From the NCBI GenBank assembly GCA_963827275.1, contig CAWHAA010000010.1:128001-192000 (forward strand): a DNA stretch of 64,000 nt, read 5' to 3'. This DNA comes from an uncultured Spirochaetota bacterium. GTDB lineage: Bacteria > Spirochaetota > UBA4802 > UBA5550. A model generated the notes under the pieces. It had not been told where the DNA came from. It worked only from the letters and a program-made list of their open reading frames with translations, and ran no database searches. The translations under genes and the position numbers were made by a program. Below are positions 1-9,465 of the stretch, piece after piece; the stretch's first letter is position 1; every line of letters begins with the position of its first letter.

Positions 1-36
1 ATTCGTTTCCTGAAACAGTTTTAACGGAGCGCGCCC

Positions 37-2433
37 ATGTGGCTGTCACTGAACATACTGAACCAGATGGTTGATACGAGCGGCATTACCCCTGAAGAAT
101 TGGCGCTCCGCCTGACGATGTCCACTGCAGAAATCGATTCAATAGAGAAGGTAAACGGGTACTTCAAGACCGTTATCGCGGCGAAGATCCTCGAGGTCAA
201 GCGCCACCCGAACGCGGACAAGCTCACCCTCGTTGACCTGGACGCGGGCTCCCGGAAGTACCGCGTCGTATGCGGGGCCCCCAACCATAAAACAGGCGAC
301 ATCGTGCCGCTTGCCGTGCCGGGCACCAGCTTCGGCGCGGAGATGACCATTAAAAAAACGAAGATACGGGGTGAGGAATCCGAGGGGATGCTCTGCTCCG
401 AGCGCGAGCTCGGCCTCTCCGATGACCACTCCGGCATCATGGTACTCCCGCCTGACACGAAAATCGGGGCGTCATTCAGCGAGCTCTTTCCGCACCGCGC
501 CGACGTCCGGTTCGAGATAGACAACAAGTCCATCACGCACCGCCCCGACCTCTGGAGCCACGAGGGCTTTGCCCGGGAGATCGGCGCGATCTTCAACAGG
601 CCCTTCACCGGCGTGATCAAATACGAACTGCTCAAAACCCTGAAGGACGCGGAGCCGATAAAGGTCCGCATTGTCAATCCGGACGCGGCGCCCCGGTACA
701 GCGGCCTGGTCGTCGCGGGAATTAAAATTGAAGAATCCCCCGACTGGCTCAAGGCCATGGTCGAGGCGATCGGCATGAGGCCCATAAACAACATCGTTGA
801 CATCACCAACTATGTCATGGCGGAGATCGGCCAGCCGATGCACGCATTCGACCGGAAGAAGCTGAACGGCGGCGAGATCATCGTCCGACTGGCCGGCGAC
901 AAGGAGCCCCTTACCACGCTGGACGGCTCCACGTTCGAGCTTATGAATGAAGACGTCGTTATCGCCGATACAAACGGCCCCATCGCACTCGCGGGCGTCA
1001 TGGGCGGCGGAAACAGTGAAATAGAGGACTCCACCACGGAGATCGTGCTGGAAGCGGCCTGCTTCAACCCGGTCAACATACGCAAGACCGCGAACCGCTA
1101 CGCCCACCGGACCGAGGCGGCCATCCGGTTCGAGAAGTCCCTCTCCCCGGAACTGACTATTCCCGCGCTCCTGCGCTGCTACGATCTCATCAAGCAGGTG
1201 CTCCCGGGGGCAGAAGCGATATCGCGCATTATCGACGTATACCCTGTTCCCCAGAATAAAGTGTCCGTGAAGACCACCACCGGTTTCATACGGAAGCGGC
1301 TCGGCCAGCAGATCGACGACGCCCGTATCATCGGGATCCTGACTTCGCTTGATTTCAAGATTTCCGAAAAAAACGGGACGCTCGACATAGATGTGCCCTA
1401 CTATCGCTCAACGAAAGACATATCCATACAGGAAGACATCGTCGAGGAAGTGGGACGAATATACGGCTACGACAATATAACTCCTGACGCGCCGTTCGTG
1501 AAATGCGCGCCGCCGGCAAAAAACAACTTCCGGCTTTTTGAGCGCGCGGTCAAGAACATCCTCTCCGGCAATTATAACATGCTCGAGGCAAGCGGATATT
1601 CGTTCACCGGGGAAGACCCGCTGACCAGGCTCGGCATCAATGACGACAGTGAACTCCGGATGCGCAACCCGCTTTCGAAGGAACAGGACCGGCTCCGTAA
1701 AAGCCTCGTCCCGAACATTGTCAACGACATCAGGACCAACAGCAGGCATACAGACGAATTCTTCATATATGAGATGGGAAGGGTTTACCTGAAAAAAGAC
1801 AGGAAGTCCAGCGACCTCGCAGCGGAAAAGACTATGGTAACGGGCGCCGTCTTCCGGAAAAAAGCGGATGCGCCGCTCTTCTACGAGGCGAAGCGCACCG
1901 TGCAGGGACTCATGAACAAGCTCCGGATAGCCGACTACAGCCTCGTCCCGGAGGAAAAGGCCCTGCCCCCCTATGCCCATCCCTACCGGTCCATGGCGCT
2001 GATTGTTGAAAAAAAAATCGCGGGACATGTATTCGAGCTTCATCCCGACACATCGCGCAATTTTGATATAACCGGCACCGCGGCCCTGTTCGACATCGAG
2101 GTTGACGCCCTGTTCGCGGCGCAGACCAGTGAGACCGTTTTTACGGAGATCCAGAAATACCCGGAAGTCCCCTTCGATGTGAGCGTTATCGCCGACCGCA
2201 AGGTCTACGCGCGGGACATCTGCTCGATTATCGAGAAAGCGGACATCGACCTGATCCAGGGGGTAGAGGTGGTTTCCGTGTATGAAGGGAGCCCGATCCC
2301 GGAAGGGAAAAAATCCGTCTCGATCAGGATTGTCTTCGCGTCGAAGGAGCGCACCCTTACAACCGAAGAGGTTGACAGGCTCCAGAAAAAGGCCATCGAC
2401 CTCCTGGGTAAAAAAGGCTACCACCTCAGGTAG
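37..2433 (+). CDS. pheT: Phenylalanine--tRNA ligase beta subunit
   Basis: 798 aa; tRNA-binding OB motifs (HPNADKL, VCGAPN, SEGMLCS), B3/4 (NNIVDITNYVM..GQPMHAFD), EEVGRIYGY, C-terminal FDX-ACB domain. Confidence 0.97.
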   Translation: MWLSLNILNQMVDTSGITPEELALRLTMSTAEIDSIEKVNGYFKTVIAAKILEVKRHPNADKLTLVDLDAGSRKYRVVCGAPNHKTGDIVPLAVPGTSFGAEMTIKKTKIRGEESEGMLCSERELGLSDDHSGIMVLPPDTKIGASFSELFPHRADVRFEIDNKSITHRPDLWSHEGFAREIGAIFNRPFTGVIKYELLKTLKDAEPIKVRIVNPDAAPRYSGLVVAGIKIEESPDWLKAMVEAIGMRPINNIVDITNYVMAEIGQPMHAFDRKKLNGGEIIVRLAGDKEPLTTLDGSTFELMNEDVVIADTNGPIALAGVMGGGNSEIEDSTTEIVLEAACFNPVNIRKTANRYAHRTEAAIRFEKSLSPELTIPALLRCYDLIKQVLPGAEAISRIIDVYPVPQNKVSVKTTTGFIRKRLGQQIDDARIIGILTSLDFKISEKNGTLDIDVPYYRSTKDISIQEDIVEEVGRIYGYDNITPDAPFVKCAPPAKNNFRLFERAVKNILSGNYNMLEASGYSFTGEDPLTRLGINDDSELRMRNPLSKEQDRLRKSLVPNIVNDIRTNSRHTDEFFIYEMGRVYLKKDRKSSDLAAEKTMVTGAVFRKKADAPLFYEAKRTVQGLMNKLRIADYSLVPEEKALPPYAHPYRSMALIVEKKIAGHVFELHPDTSRNFDITGTAALFDIEVDALFAAQTSETVFTEIQKYPEVPFDVSVIADRKVYARDICSIIEKADIDLIQGVEVVSVYEGSPIPEGKKSVSIRIVFASKERTLTTEEVDRLQKKAIDLLGKKGYHLR

Positions 2434-2436
2434 CGG

Positions 2437-3540
2437 CTACACCCGTGGGCTGGCGCCCATCACCGCCGGGTCATAGAACGCGATCCGGTTCCTGCCGTTT
2501 TTCTTGCAATAATAGAGCGCCATATCCGCCATCTCGATCAGGCTGCTCGGGTCTTTCGCGTCAAGGTCGGGAATTGTCGCGATACCGCCGGACAGGGTAA
2601 ACCGCATCGATATGTCCTCGTATTCAAGACGGCAGTTTTCGACGATCAGGCGTATGCGCTCAGCGAAGGCCATGGCCTCTTCCCTGGTAGTTTCAGGAAG
2701 GATCACCGTGTACTCCTCACCGCCGTAGCGGCAGGGGATATCGATGTTTCTGCAATTGTTATGGAGGACAATCGCGACCTCCTTGATGGCCCTGTCGCCG
2801 GCCTGGTGGCCGTAGGTGTCGTTTATGACCTTGAAATTGTCGATGTCGAAGATCACCATCGAGAGGGTATGGTTTTTCCTGCTCGAGCGGTTCCATTCTT
2901 CCTGCAGGCGCTCCCGGAAATACTTGCTGATATACAGCTTTGTCATACCGTCGCGGATCGCGTTGTTGTAAAGCGTTGCGTTATTGATGGCGATCGCTGA
3001 CTGGGTCGAGACGAACTGGAGCACCTGCATGTCAAACGCGGTAAAGCCGCCGCTGATCTTGTTGATCGCCTCTATGACCCCGATGATCTCGCCGTTTACG
3101 GTCAGGGGGACGGCGATGATTGAGCGGGTCACGGTTTTCGCCTTCTTGTCGGCCCGGTCGGAAAAACGAGGGTCATTCTGGGCGTCATTGATGAGTATGG
3201 GGATGCCGTTCTGCCATACGGTGCCGGCAATCCCCTCGCCCATGCGAAGGCTCGTATCTTTCAGAATGTCGCCCTCTTCGTCCTTGCTGAGCACGGAAAA
3301 ATTGAGCTGTTTCAGCCCCCGGTCCACCAGGAGTATACTGCTCGACTCGCAGTTGAGCAGTATCTTTGTCTGGTTCAGGATGCGCTTCAGGACCTCTTCC
3401 TTTTCAAGCGAATTGGCGATATAGGTATTTATCTCGATGAGGGTCCGCAGTTGCCTGTTTTTCCCCTCCAGATCATCGAGCTTCTCCCGCTGTTGTTCAA
3501 GCTTTTTTAACTGCTTCCGGTTAAACATCATACTCCCCAT
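2437..3540 (-). CDS. GAF-sensor diguanylate cyclase
   Basis: GAF domain (GEGIAG, EAINK..GF...D), then DIDNFK.INDTYGH..GD and RYGGEEY; RxxD I-site (RNID). Confidence 0.93.
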   Translation of the reverse strand: MGSMMFNRKQLKKLEQQREKLDDLEGKNRQLRTLIEINTYIANSLEKEEVLKRILNQTKILLNCESSSILLVDRGLKQLNFSVLSKDEEGDILKDTSLRMGEGIAGTVWQNGIPILINDAQNDPRFSDRADKKAKTVTRSIIAVPLTVNGEIIGVIEAINKISGGFTAFDMQVLQFVSTQSAIAINNATLYNNAIRDGMTKLYISKYFRERLQEEWNRSSRKNHTLSMVIFDIDNFKVINDTYGHQAGDRAIKEVAIVLHNNCRNIDIPCRYGGEEYTVILPETTREEAMAFAERIRLIVENCRLEYEDISMRFTLSGGIATIPDLDAKDPSSLIEMADMALYYCKKNGRNRIAFYDPAVMGASPRV

Positions 3541-3598
3541 TGTGTTTATTGCCGCACGCGAGGCCGCTGCATGGCCCCCGCGTGCCCGATAGAACGCG

Positions 3599-4132
3599 CT
3601 AGTTCCCGCCGACGCTGCCGTATTTCAGCTCGAGATATGACCGTTTTTCGAACCGGTCCAGCCCGAGATCCGCCGCTATCCTGAACAGGTCCTTCTCTAT
3701 CCGCTCCTGCTCCGTGCCCTTCATCTCCAGCTCAACGAAATTACCGATCCCCTCCACCCTGTCAATGCATATCTCCACCTCGCCGAGCAGGAAGATGTCC
3801 CGCTCCTTGGCGACGGTCCCCGCCGTGGTAAACCCGAGCAGGCCGAGTATACCCAGCATCTGCTCGAATCCCCCGACCGGGACCTCTTCCTCGCGGCGCG
3901 TCTTTGATGCGCCGCCGAGCCGGGGGCCCTTGTAGGTGAGCACGACCCGGTCATTTACCTGCCGCAGGCGCAGGGCCTCGTCGGTCGCCCGGAAGTCGCG
4001 TGCCGGATGGTTCAGGTAGGTATCGCGCTCGGTGCGCGTCTCCCCGCGGCGGGCGCCGAGCGCCGTGAGCCGTTCTATCACCGCCGCGTGGTCGTCGCAT
4101 GGCGACTTGATCTCGATTTCCAGCATTGCCAT
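3599..4132 (-). CDS. cyaB: Class IV adenylate cyclase (CYTH family)
   Basis: ExExK (EIEIK), DTY, ALRLR, TYKGP, KxR and FVELE motifs. Confidence 0.85.
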   Translation of the reverse strand: MAMLEIEIKSPCDDHAAVIERLTALGARRGETRTERDTYLNHPARDFRATDEALRLRQVNDRVVLTYKGPRLGGASKTRREEEVPVGGFEQMLGILGLLGFTTAGTVAKERDIFLLGEVEICIDRVEGIGNFVELEMKGTEQERIEKDLFRIAADLGLDRFEKRSYLELKYGSVGGN

Positions 4133-4947
4133 CAGTTTCTCCGGTGGAGGGGGCCCCCGATCGAGAGACCGTCGGTACCGAGGGTCTGCCGCTGCTTCCC
4201 GTTGATGGTTATCACCACGCTTCCGACGTTCGGGAACTGCGTCGCGGTATACACGATCTGGTCGATCCTGTTCAGGAGGATGCTCCCGGCAGCACCCTGC
4301 TCTATCGCGCCGTTGAAATCGATCTCTGCGACATTACCGCGGATCTTCACCCCGTTCACCCGCAGGGTGGAGGGGACGGCGGTGAGCATCCCCTTTTTCT
4401 TTTCTGTCGCCGTCGGTCCTTTGATGAGCTCCTTCATGGTGTTTTCGAGGACCGACCCGCCCGTGACCTTTCTGCCGACCGGCGCAAGGTACATCTTATC
4501 CGATTCCTCGTTTAATTTCACCAGGTAAATCCTGACGCTTTTTTCCTCTGGCGTTGGCTCCTGTTTCTTCGCCGGCTCCGGGTCTGTCCGTGCCGGCGCG
4601 CCTATCTTTTCGGGCCGGTCCGTCTTTTCGGTCTTTTCCGCCCGCTCGTTCCTCTGGCGCTCATCGTCCCGGTCCCTTCCCGCATGGGAACGCTCCTTTT
4701 CAAGCTCCTTCGTTACCGGCGCCTCCCTGGACGGCAGTACGGTTTTCAGCCCCCGCCTCAGGCCATAATGATTCACCATCAAAACAATTGCCGTGGCAAG
4801 GCCCATTATAATAAGCACATATAACGGGCTCCTGCTTCGCTCGACAGGCCGTGATTTCGGCGATGTACCGGCCGCTTTCGAGCTCTTTGCCCTTGTCCGC
4901 GGGGCCGGTTTTTTCTTCCGGCCGCTTTTACCTGTTTTCTGCGCCAC
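4132..4947 (-). CDS. Membrane-anchored GerMN domain protein
   Basis: Basic N-terminus, one TM helix, charged linker, C-terminal LIKGPT..E...G...QIVYTATQF..V.SV; GTG start chosen for its purine-rich RBS. Confidence 0.85.
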   Translation of the reverse strand: MAQKTGKSGRKKKPAPRTRAKSSKAAGTSPKSRPVERSRSPLYVLIIMGLATAIVLMVNHYGLRRGLKTVLPSREAPVTKELEKERSHAGRDRDDERQRNERAEKTEKTDRPEKIGAPARTDPEPAKKQEPTPEEKSVRIYLVKLNEESDKMYLAPVGRKVTGGSVLENTMKELIKGPTATEKKKGMLTAVPSTLRVNGVKIRGNVAEIDFNGAIEQGAAGSILLNRIDQIVYTATQFPNVGSVVITINGKQRQTLGTDGLSIGGPLHRRN

Positions 4948-5117
4948 CCCTTCCTTCCCTCCCTGCAATAAATCGCCTGCGCGCACCGGTCATTGATAAA
5001 TTTCTTGAAATATATGAATGTCTTTTATACATTTAATCTGACAACAAACAGTTTTTATTTCAATAATATTTTTTCTTTTTTGCGGTTTTTAGGGAGACCC
5101 GGCCGGGCCGTATTACA

Positions 5118-5837
5118 ATGGATTCACGCAACTACATACTGACGACAGTGGCCGCACTAACGGCGTCGCTGATTGTGATCATTCCCGGGACCTGCCGAAG
5201 CGGAGGAGACACTTCCATGGAACAACTTCGTGAACTCATGGTAAAAAACCAGATCGAGGCGCGCGGGGTGAGCGATGCGCGGGTGCTCGCGGCCATGAGA
5301 AGCGTGGAACGCCACAAGTTCATCCCCGGCCATCAGGCCGCGAGCGCGTATGATGACCATCCCCTGCCGATTGGCCACGGCCAGACGATCTCGCAGCCGT
5401 ATATTGTCGCCCTTATGACCGAACTGTGCGAGCTTGACGGCAATGAACGTGTCCTGGAGATCGGCACCGGCTCCGGCTACCAGGCCGCGATCCTCTCGCT
5501 CCTCGCGAAAGAGGTATACAGCATGGAGATCGTCGCGCCGCTCGCCATGGGCGCGCGCACAAAGCTCGCCGAGCTTGGATACGACAGGGTGCAGGTAATA
5601 ATCGGCGACGGGTACAGGGGATTGCCCGACAAGGCCCCCTTCGACGTGATCATCCTCACCGCTTCTCCGCCGAAGATCCCGCAGGCCCTCATTGACCAGC
5701 TCGCCGAAGGCGGCATACTCGTGGCCCCGGAAGGCGACTATTCGCAGGAGCTGGTCAGGCTCATCAAGCATAACGGCGCCATAACGAAAAAGACAGTAAC
5801 ATATGTCAGGTTTGTGCCGATGATACATGGCGATTGA
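5118..5837 (+). CDS. pcm: Protein-L-isoaspartate O-methyltransferase
   Basis: GQTISQPYIVA, VLEIGTGSGYQAA, APFD, VRFVP; alternative start at 5217. Confidence 0.95.
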   Translation: MDSRNYILTTVAALTASLIVIIPGTCRSGGDTSMEQLRELMVKNQIEARGVSDARVLAAMRSVERHKFIPGHQAASAYDDHPLPIGHGQTISQPYIVALMTELCELDGNERVLEIGTGSGYQAAILSLLAKEVYSMEIVAPLAMGARTKLAELGYDRVQVIIGDGYRGLPDKAPFDVIILTASPPKIPQALIDQLAEGGILVAPEGDYSQELVRLIKHNGAITKKTVTYVRFVPMIHGD

Positions 5838-6024
5838 ACGGCGTGGCAGCCCGCACGCCTGATAATCGCCCGTCCGGGCCGGTCATGCCTTCACCGGTCG
5901 CGCCCTCTGCGCCAGTAATCCCCGCCAGTAAATGTATTGACAAAAACCGCAACCGGATGCGAGCATATGAAATAAGCGTGGATACCCCGGGGCGCCGAGC
6001 GCCGCGCATCCATGTAAACACGGT

Positions 6025-7893
6025 ATGGCAAAAGAAAGCATTCAGGACAAACGGTTTCCATTCCTTCACTCCCACGTAGCGCGGGAGCCGCATATACTCG
6101 AGGTCCTTAATGAAATAATGACATACCAGAGCAATGTCCTCAAGACCGGCATCGGCCACCTGGCGACCCTTGAAGACTTGAAGACGTCCCGGAACATCAA
6201 AATTCCCTTCACCATTGCGCGAAATAAAATAATATCCAATCTTATTGATATTCTCACGAAAAACTATCCCGATATTGTCCGGTCGATCATCACGTTCTCC
6301 TTCGTGGTCGACCCGGAAACCAAGAAATTGTCCATCATCGAGAACCGGGAATTCGCCGTCCTTATCAGCAATGAGGATTTCAACCGCATCCAGTCCGAGC
6401 GCAACCAGCTGTCGGCGGACAACTTTTTGAATCTCATCTCGAAGTTCAGGCTCTTCAACCTGACGAAGCTCATCAAAAAGACGAAGGACCGCGCCCTCCT
6501 CTCCCAGGTCATCAAGATCGAGCTTGGAAAAACCATCTTTACCTACAAGAGTTACTCGGTAAACAAACAGAACATCGAAATCGCGGAGGATTTCTGCTTC
6601 CACCGCGACAACTACAACGCCGTGAAAACAACGCTCTCGCTTGAAAAATTCAACAAGGTGATCACCAACCATTCGGTGCCCCTCCTCAGGCGGCTGAAAA
6701 ATTTCGGCATCCTGAACACCGACTACAGCGACTACAGCGATTCAAAGCTCGACTATATCCTGAACATTTTTCTTCAGGACCTGTATCTTTCCCTCTCCGA
6801 TATCGAGCTGACGGTGGTAAAGAACTTTAACTCGCTCCGCTCCTGCATCCTCAAGGTGGAGACAATCATTGACCCGATCCTCACCGCCGGCAATGATTTC
6901 GTATCCTATGTGCGCGAGAACAGGATCACCGCCGTGTCGGGCCTCTCTTCGGTATTCGACAACATCCCGGAGGAAAAAATACTTGAATGGGCCGCGGAGA
7001 ACGGGCCGCATAACAGGATCGTCATGTTCCGGGACGAAGACAATATCACCTACCTCATAGACGGCGATTATCTCCTGAAGCGCCTTGACGAGCTCCATGA
7101 CCTGGTAGTAAACAAGCAGGAGACCGTCGCCGCGATGGGCCATTTCGAGAAGGACAGGATCTTCGATGAGATCAACCTCCTCTGCAACGCCGGGAAAAAA
7201 CTCCTGGAGGACGAAGACAAGTCCCGGCTCATCCTGGAAAAAGACGAAACTATATTGAAATTGAAGCGAAGAATTGACGAGTATGAAGAATACCAGCGGG
7301 GGCTTTCACTCGAAACCGCCGCCAGCAGCGAGGAACGCGCCGGCCGCAGGAGCCGGTCGATACTCGAGGCAATCTCGGATTTCTTCAGGTCGATCTTCGC
7401 GCCGAAAAAGGAGGAAGCCCAGTCCTCCGCCGTCATGAAGAGCCAGGAATACGAGGCCGGCACCTACCGGCCCGCCGCGACCGGTGAAGCAAAAAACATC
7501 CTCTTCAAGATCAAGAACAGCGGCACCCGCCTGATCCCGCTGTCAAACTACATCGAGCTCCTGCCGGCGAACGAGCCTGACATCGAGCTTATCATCAACG
7601 ATCTGCGCAAGCTCAACATGAAAATCGTGATACCGGTGTACAATGCGCGCAGGGTGCTCTATCCCAACCGGAGCCAGCAGTACCTGATATCGGACATGGA
7701 ATATCTCCTGGTGGAGCCGGAAGTGGGGCAGACGCCGGAATCGGTCCGTGAATTCACCGATTCGCTCGCGGGTGAAAAGATAAAGGATGAAAAGCTGTCG
7801 GCTCAGGCGATAATGAGCATTGAAAAATACCTGATGACACTCATAAGCCAGAAGAAGGCCCAGATGCTGAAAAAGGCGAGGTCGAAGAAATGA
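6025..7893 (+). CDS. Hypothetical protein (622 aa, soluble)
   Basis: Long ORF with protein-like composition; no recognised motif. Confidence 0.8.
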   Translation: MAKESIQDKRFPFLHSHVAREPHILEVLNEIMTYQSNVLKTGIGHLATLEDLKTSRNIKIPFTIARNKIISNLIDILTKNYPDIVRSIITFSFVVDPETKKLSIIENREFAVLISNEDFNRIQSERNQLSADNFLNLISKFRLFNLTKLIKKTKDRALLSQVIKIELGKTIFTYKSYSVNKQNIEIAEDFCFHRDNYNAVKTTLSLEKFNKVITNHSVPLLRRLKNFGILNTDYSDYSDSKLDYILNIFLQDLYLSLSDIELTVVKNFNSLRSCILKVETIIDPILTAGNDFVSYVRENRITAVSGLSSVFDNIPEEKILEWAAENGPHNRIVMFRDEDNITYLIDGDYLLKRLDELHDLVVNKQETVAAMGHFEKDRIFDEINLLCNAGKKLLEDEDKSRLILEKDETILKLKRRIDEYEEYQRGLSLETAASSEERAGRRSRSILEAISDFFRSIFAPKKEEAQSSAVMKSQEYEAGTYRPAATGEAKNILFKIKNSGTRLIPLSNYIELLPANEPDIELIINDLRKLNMKIVIPVYNARRVLYPNRSQQYLISDMEYLLVEPEVGQTPESVREFTDSLAGEKIKDEKLSAQAIMSIEKYLMTLISQKKAQMLKKARSKK

Positions 7894-7907
7894 TCCGCGG
7901 TCAGGCG

Positions 7908-8192
7908 TCAGTCGGAGGAGCCGCCGCCGCTGCCCGACGCCGTGCTTGATTCCGAGGCGGAAGCCGGTGCGTCGCCCGCCCCGCCCGGGGCGGCGTTCCG
8001 TTTTGTACCGCCATTCTTCTTGTAATCATTGACATAGAACCCGGAGCCCTTGAATATTATCCCGGTTGTACCGAACAGCTTGCGCACCTTCCCCTTGCAG
8101 GACGTGCACGCCTGGATGGGTTCAGCTTTAATCGATTGAAACACTTCAAAGCGCTTCTTGCATTCCAGACATTCATATTCATAGGTCGGCAT
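7908..8192 (-). CDS. FmdB family zinc ribbon protein
   Basis: MPTYEYxCxxC...CxxC...IIFKGSGFYxNDY. Confidence 0.92.
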   Translation of the reverse strand: MPTYEYECLECKKRFEVFQSIKAEPIQACTSCKGKVRKLFGTTGIIFKGSGFYVNDYKKNGGTKRNAAPGGAGDAPASASESSTASGSGGGSSD

Positions 8193-8408
8193 ACGCTCAA
8201 CTCCCTCAGTCGGTTCATCTCACCGGGCAACGATTACATTTGAGGCATTAAAATTTATATGACCAGCGTGTCAAGATTTATTTCTTGCCGCATGCCTCAT
8301 CGCCGCCCCTTGATAATTCGTAACCATTGTCCCGTCAGGGTTACGACAAAAAATTGGCCCGGTCCGAAAAAGGGTTGCTGTAAAAGCGTCATCTGGTATC
8401 ACATTTTC

Positions 8409-9431
8409 ATGCCGAAACGACAGGTCACCATCCCGGTCTTTATCCCCCACCTTGGCTGCGGGCACCGTTGTATCTTCTGCAGCCAGTGGAACGCTACCGC
8501 CGCCCCGGAGCTGCCGACACCGGGCTCTATTGACGACCTCGTGGAGAAATACGCGCCGCACATAAAAAAGAGCGTGACGCGCGTGGAGCTGGCCTTTTTC
8601 GGCGGGAGCTTCACCGGCATACGGGACGACCTGCAGGAGGCCTATCTTGCCGCCGCCCGCAGGCACCTCGACAGCGGCCGGATCCACGGCATACGCCTTT
8701 CCACGCGGCCCGACTACATCTCGGAACGGGCCCTCGATCTTCTCCGGAAATACCGTGTCTCAACGATAGAGCTCGGCGCGCAGAGCTTCGACGACATCGT
8801 GCTCGAGGAGGCGAACAGGAACCACACCGCCGCTGACGTTGTGGCCGCGGCCGGCCTCATCGCGGACTACGGGTTTGGGCTCGTCATCCAGCTGATGCCG
8901 GGCCTGCCGCGGGAGACCCGTGAGTCCGCGCTCCGATCCGCGCGCGCCGCCGCCGGCCTCGGGCCGGGCGCGGTGCGCCTCTACCCTGCTGTCGTCCTTG
9001 CCGGCACCGCCATGGAGCGCATGTTCCGTGACAACCGGTATGTCCCGCTCTCGCTGGACGACGCTGTGGAAACCTGCACGGCCATGTACCGGGTGTTCCT
9101 GTCACGCGGCATCCCCGTCATACGCATGGGGCTCCACCCGTTTTCACCGGGGCGGGAACAGGCGATCGTGGCAGGGCCCTACCACCCCTCGTTCGGCTAC
9201 CTTGTAAAATCCCGCGCCCGGAGGGACGAAATGTCCGGCGCAATTGACGCCCACCTGAAGCGCCGGGGCCTGCAGCCACCGAGGACGCTGCGAATGGTGA
9301 TACCGGAGACCTGCAAGGAAGAATATATCGGCAATAAGAAAGAAAACATTCGATACCTGGAACGGTATTTCAACCTGTCCGTCATACAATACAGCGTCGG
9401 ACCCGTTCCCGGCATGCAGATAACCCAATAA
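8409..9431 (+). CDS. Elp3/YhcC-like radical SAM protein
   Basis: IPVFIPHLGCxxxCxxC, FFGGSFT, IRLSTRPD, ELGAQS, GPYHPSF. Confidence 0.9.
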   Translation: MPKRQVTIPVFIPHLGCGHRCIFCSQWNATAAPELPTPGSIDDLVEKYAPHIKKSVTRVELAFFGGSFTGIRDDLQEAYLAAARRHLDSGRIHGIRLSTRPDYISERALDLLRKYRVSTIELGAQSFDDIVLEEANRNHTAADVVAAAGLIADYGFGLVIQLMPGLPRETRESALRSARAAAGLGPGAVRLYPAVVLAGTAMERMFRDNRYVPLSLDDAVETCTAMYRVFLSRGIPVIRMGLHPFSPGREQAIVAGPYHPSFGYLVKSRARRDEMSGAIDAHLKRRGLQPPRTLRMVIPETCKEEYIGNKKENIRYLERYFNLSVIQYSVGPVPGMQITQ

Positions 9432-9465
9432 CGCCGCCCCTGCCGGCGCTGAATCGGAGGTACTG

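Noticed and set aside
8409..9431. Radical SAM gene as the missing AmmeMemoRadiSam partner
   Set aside because: Motifs are Elp3/YhcC-like rather than PFL-activase-like, and it lies about 37 kb away
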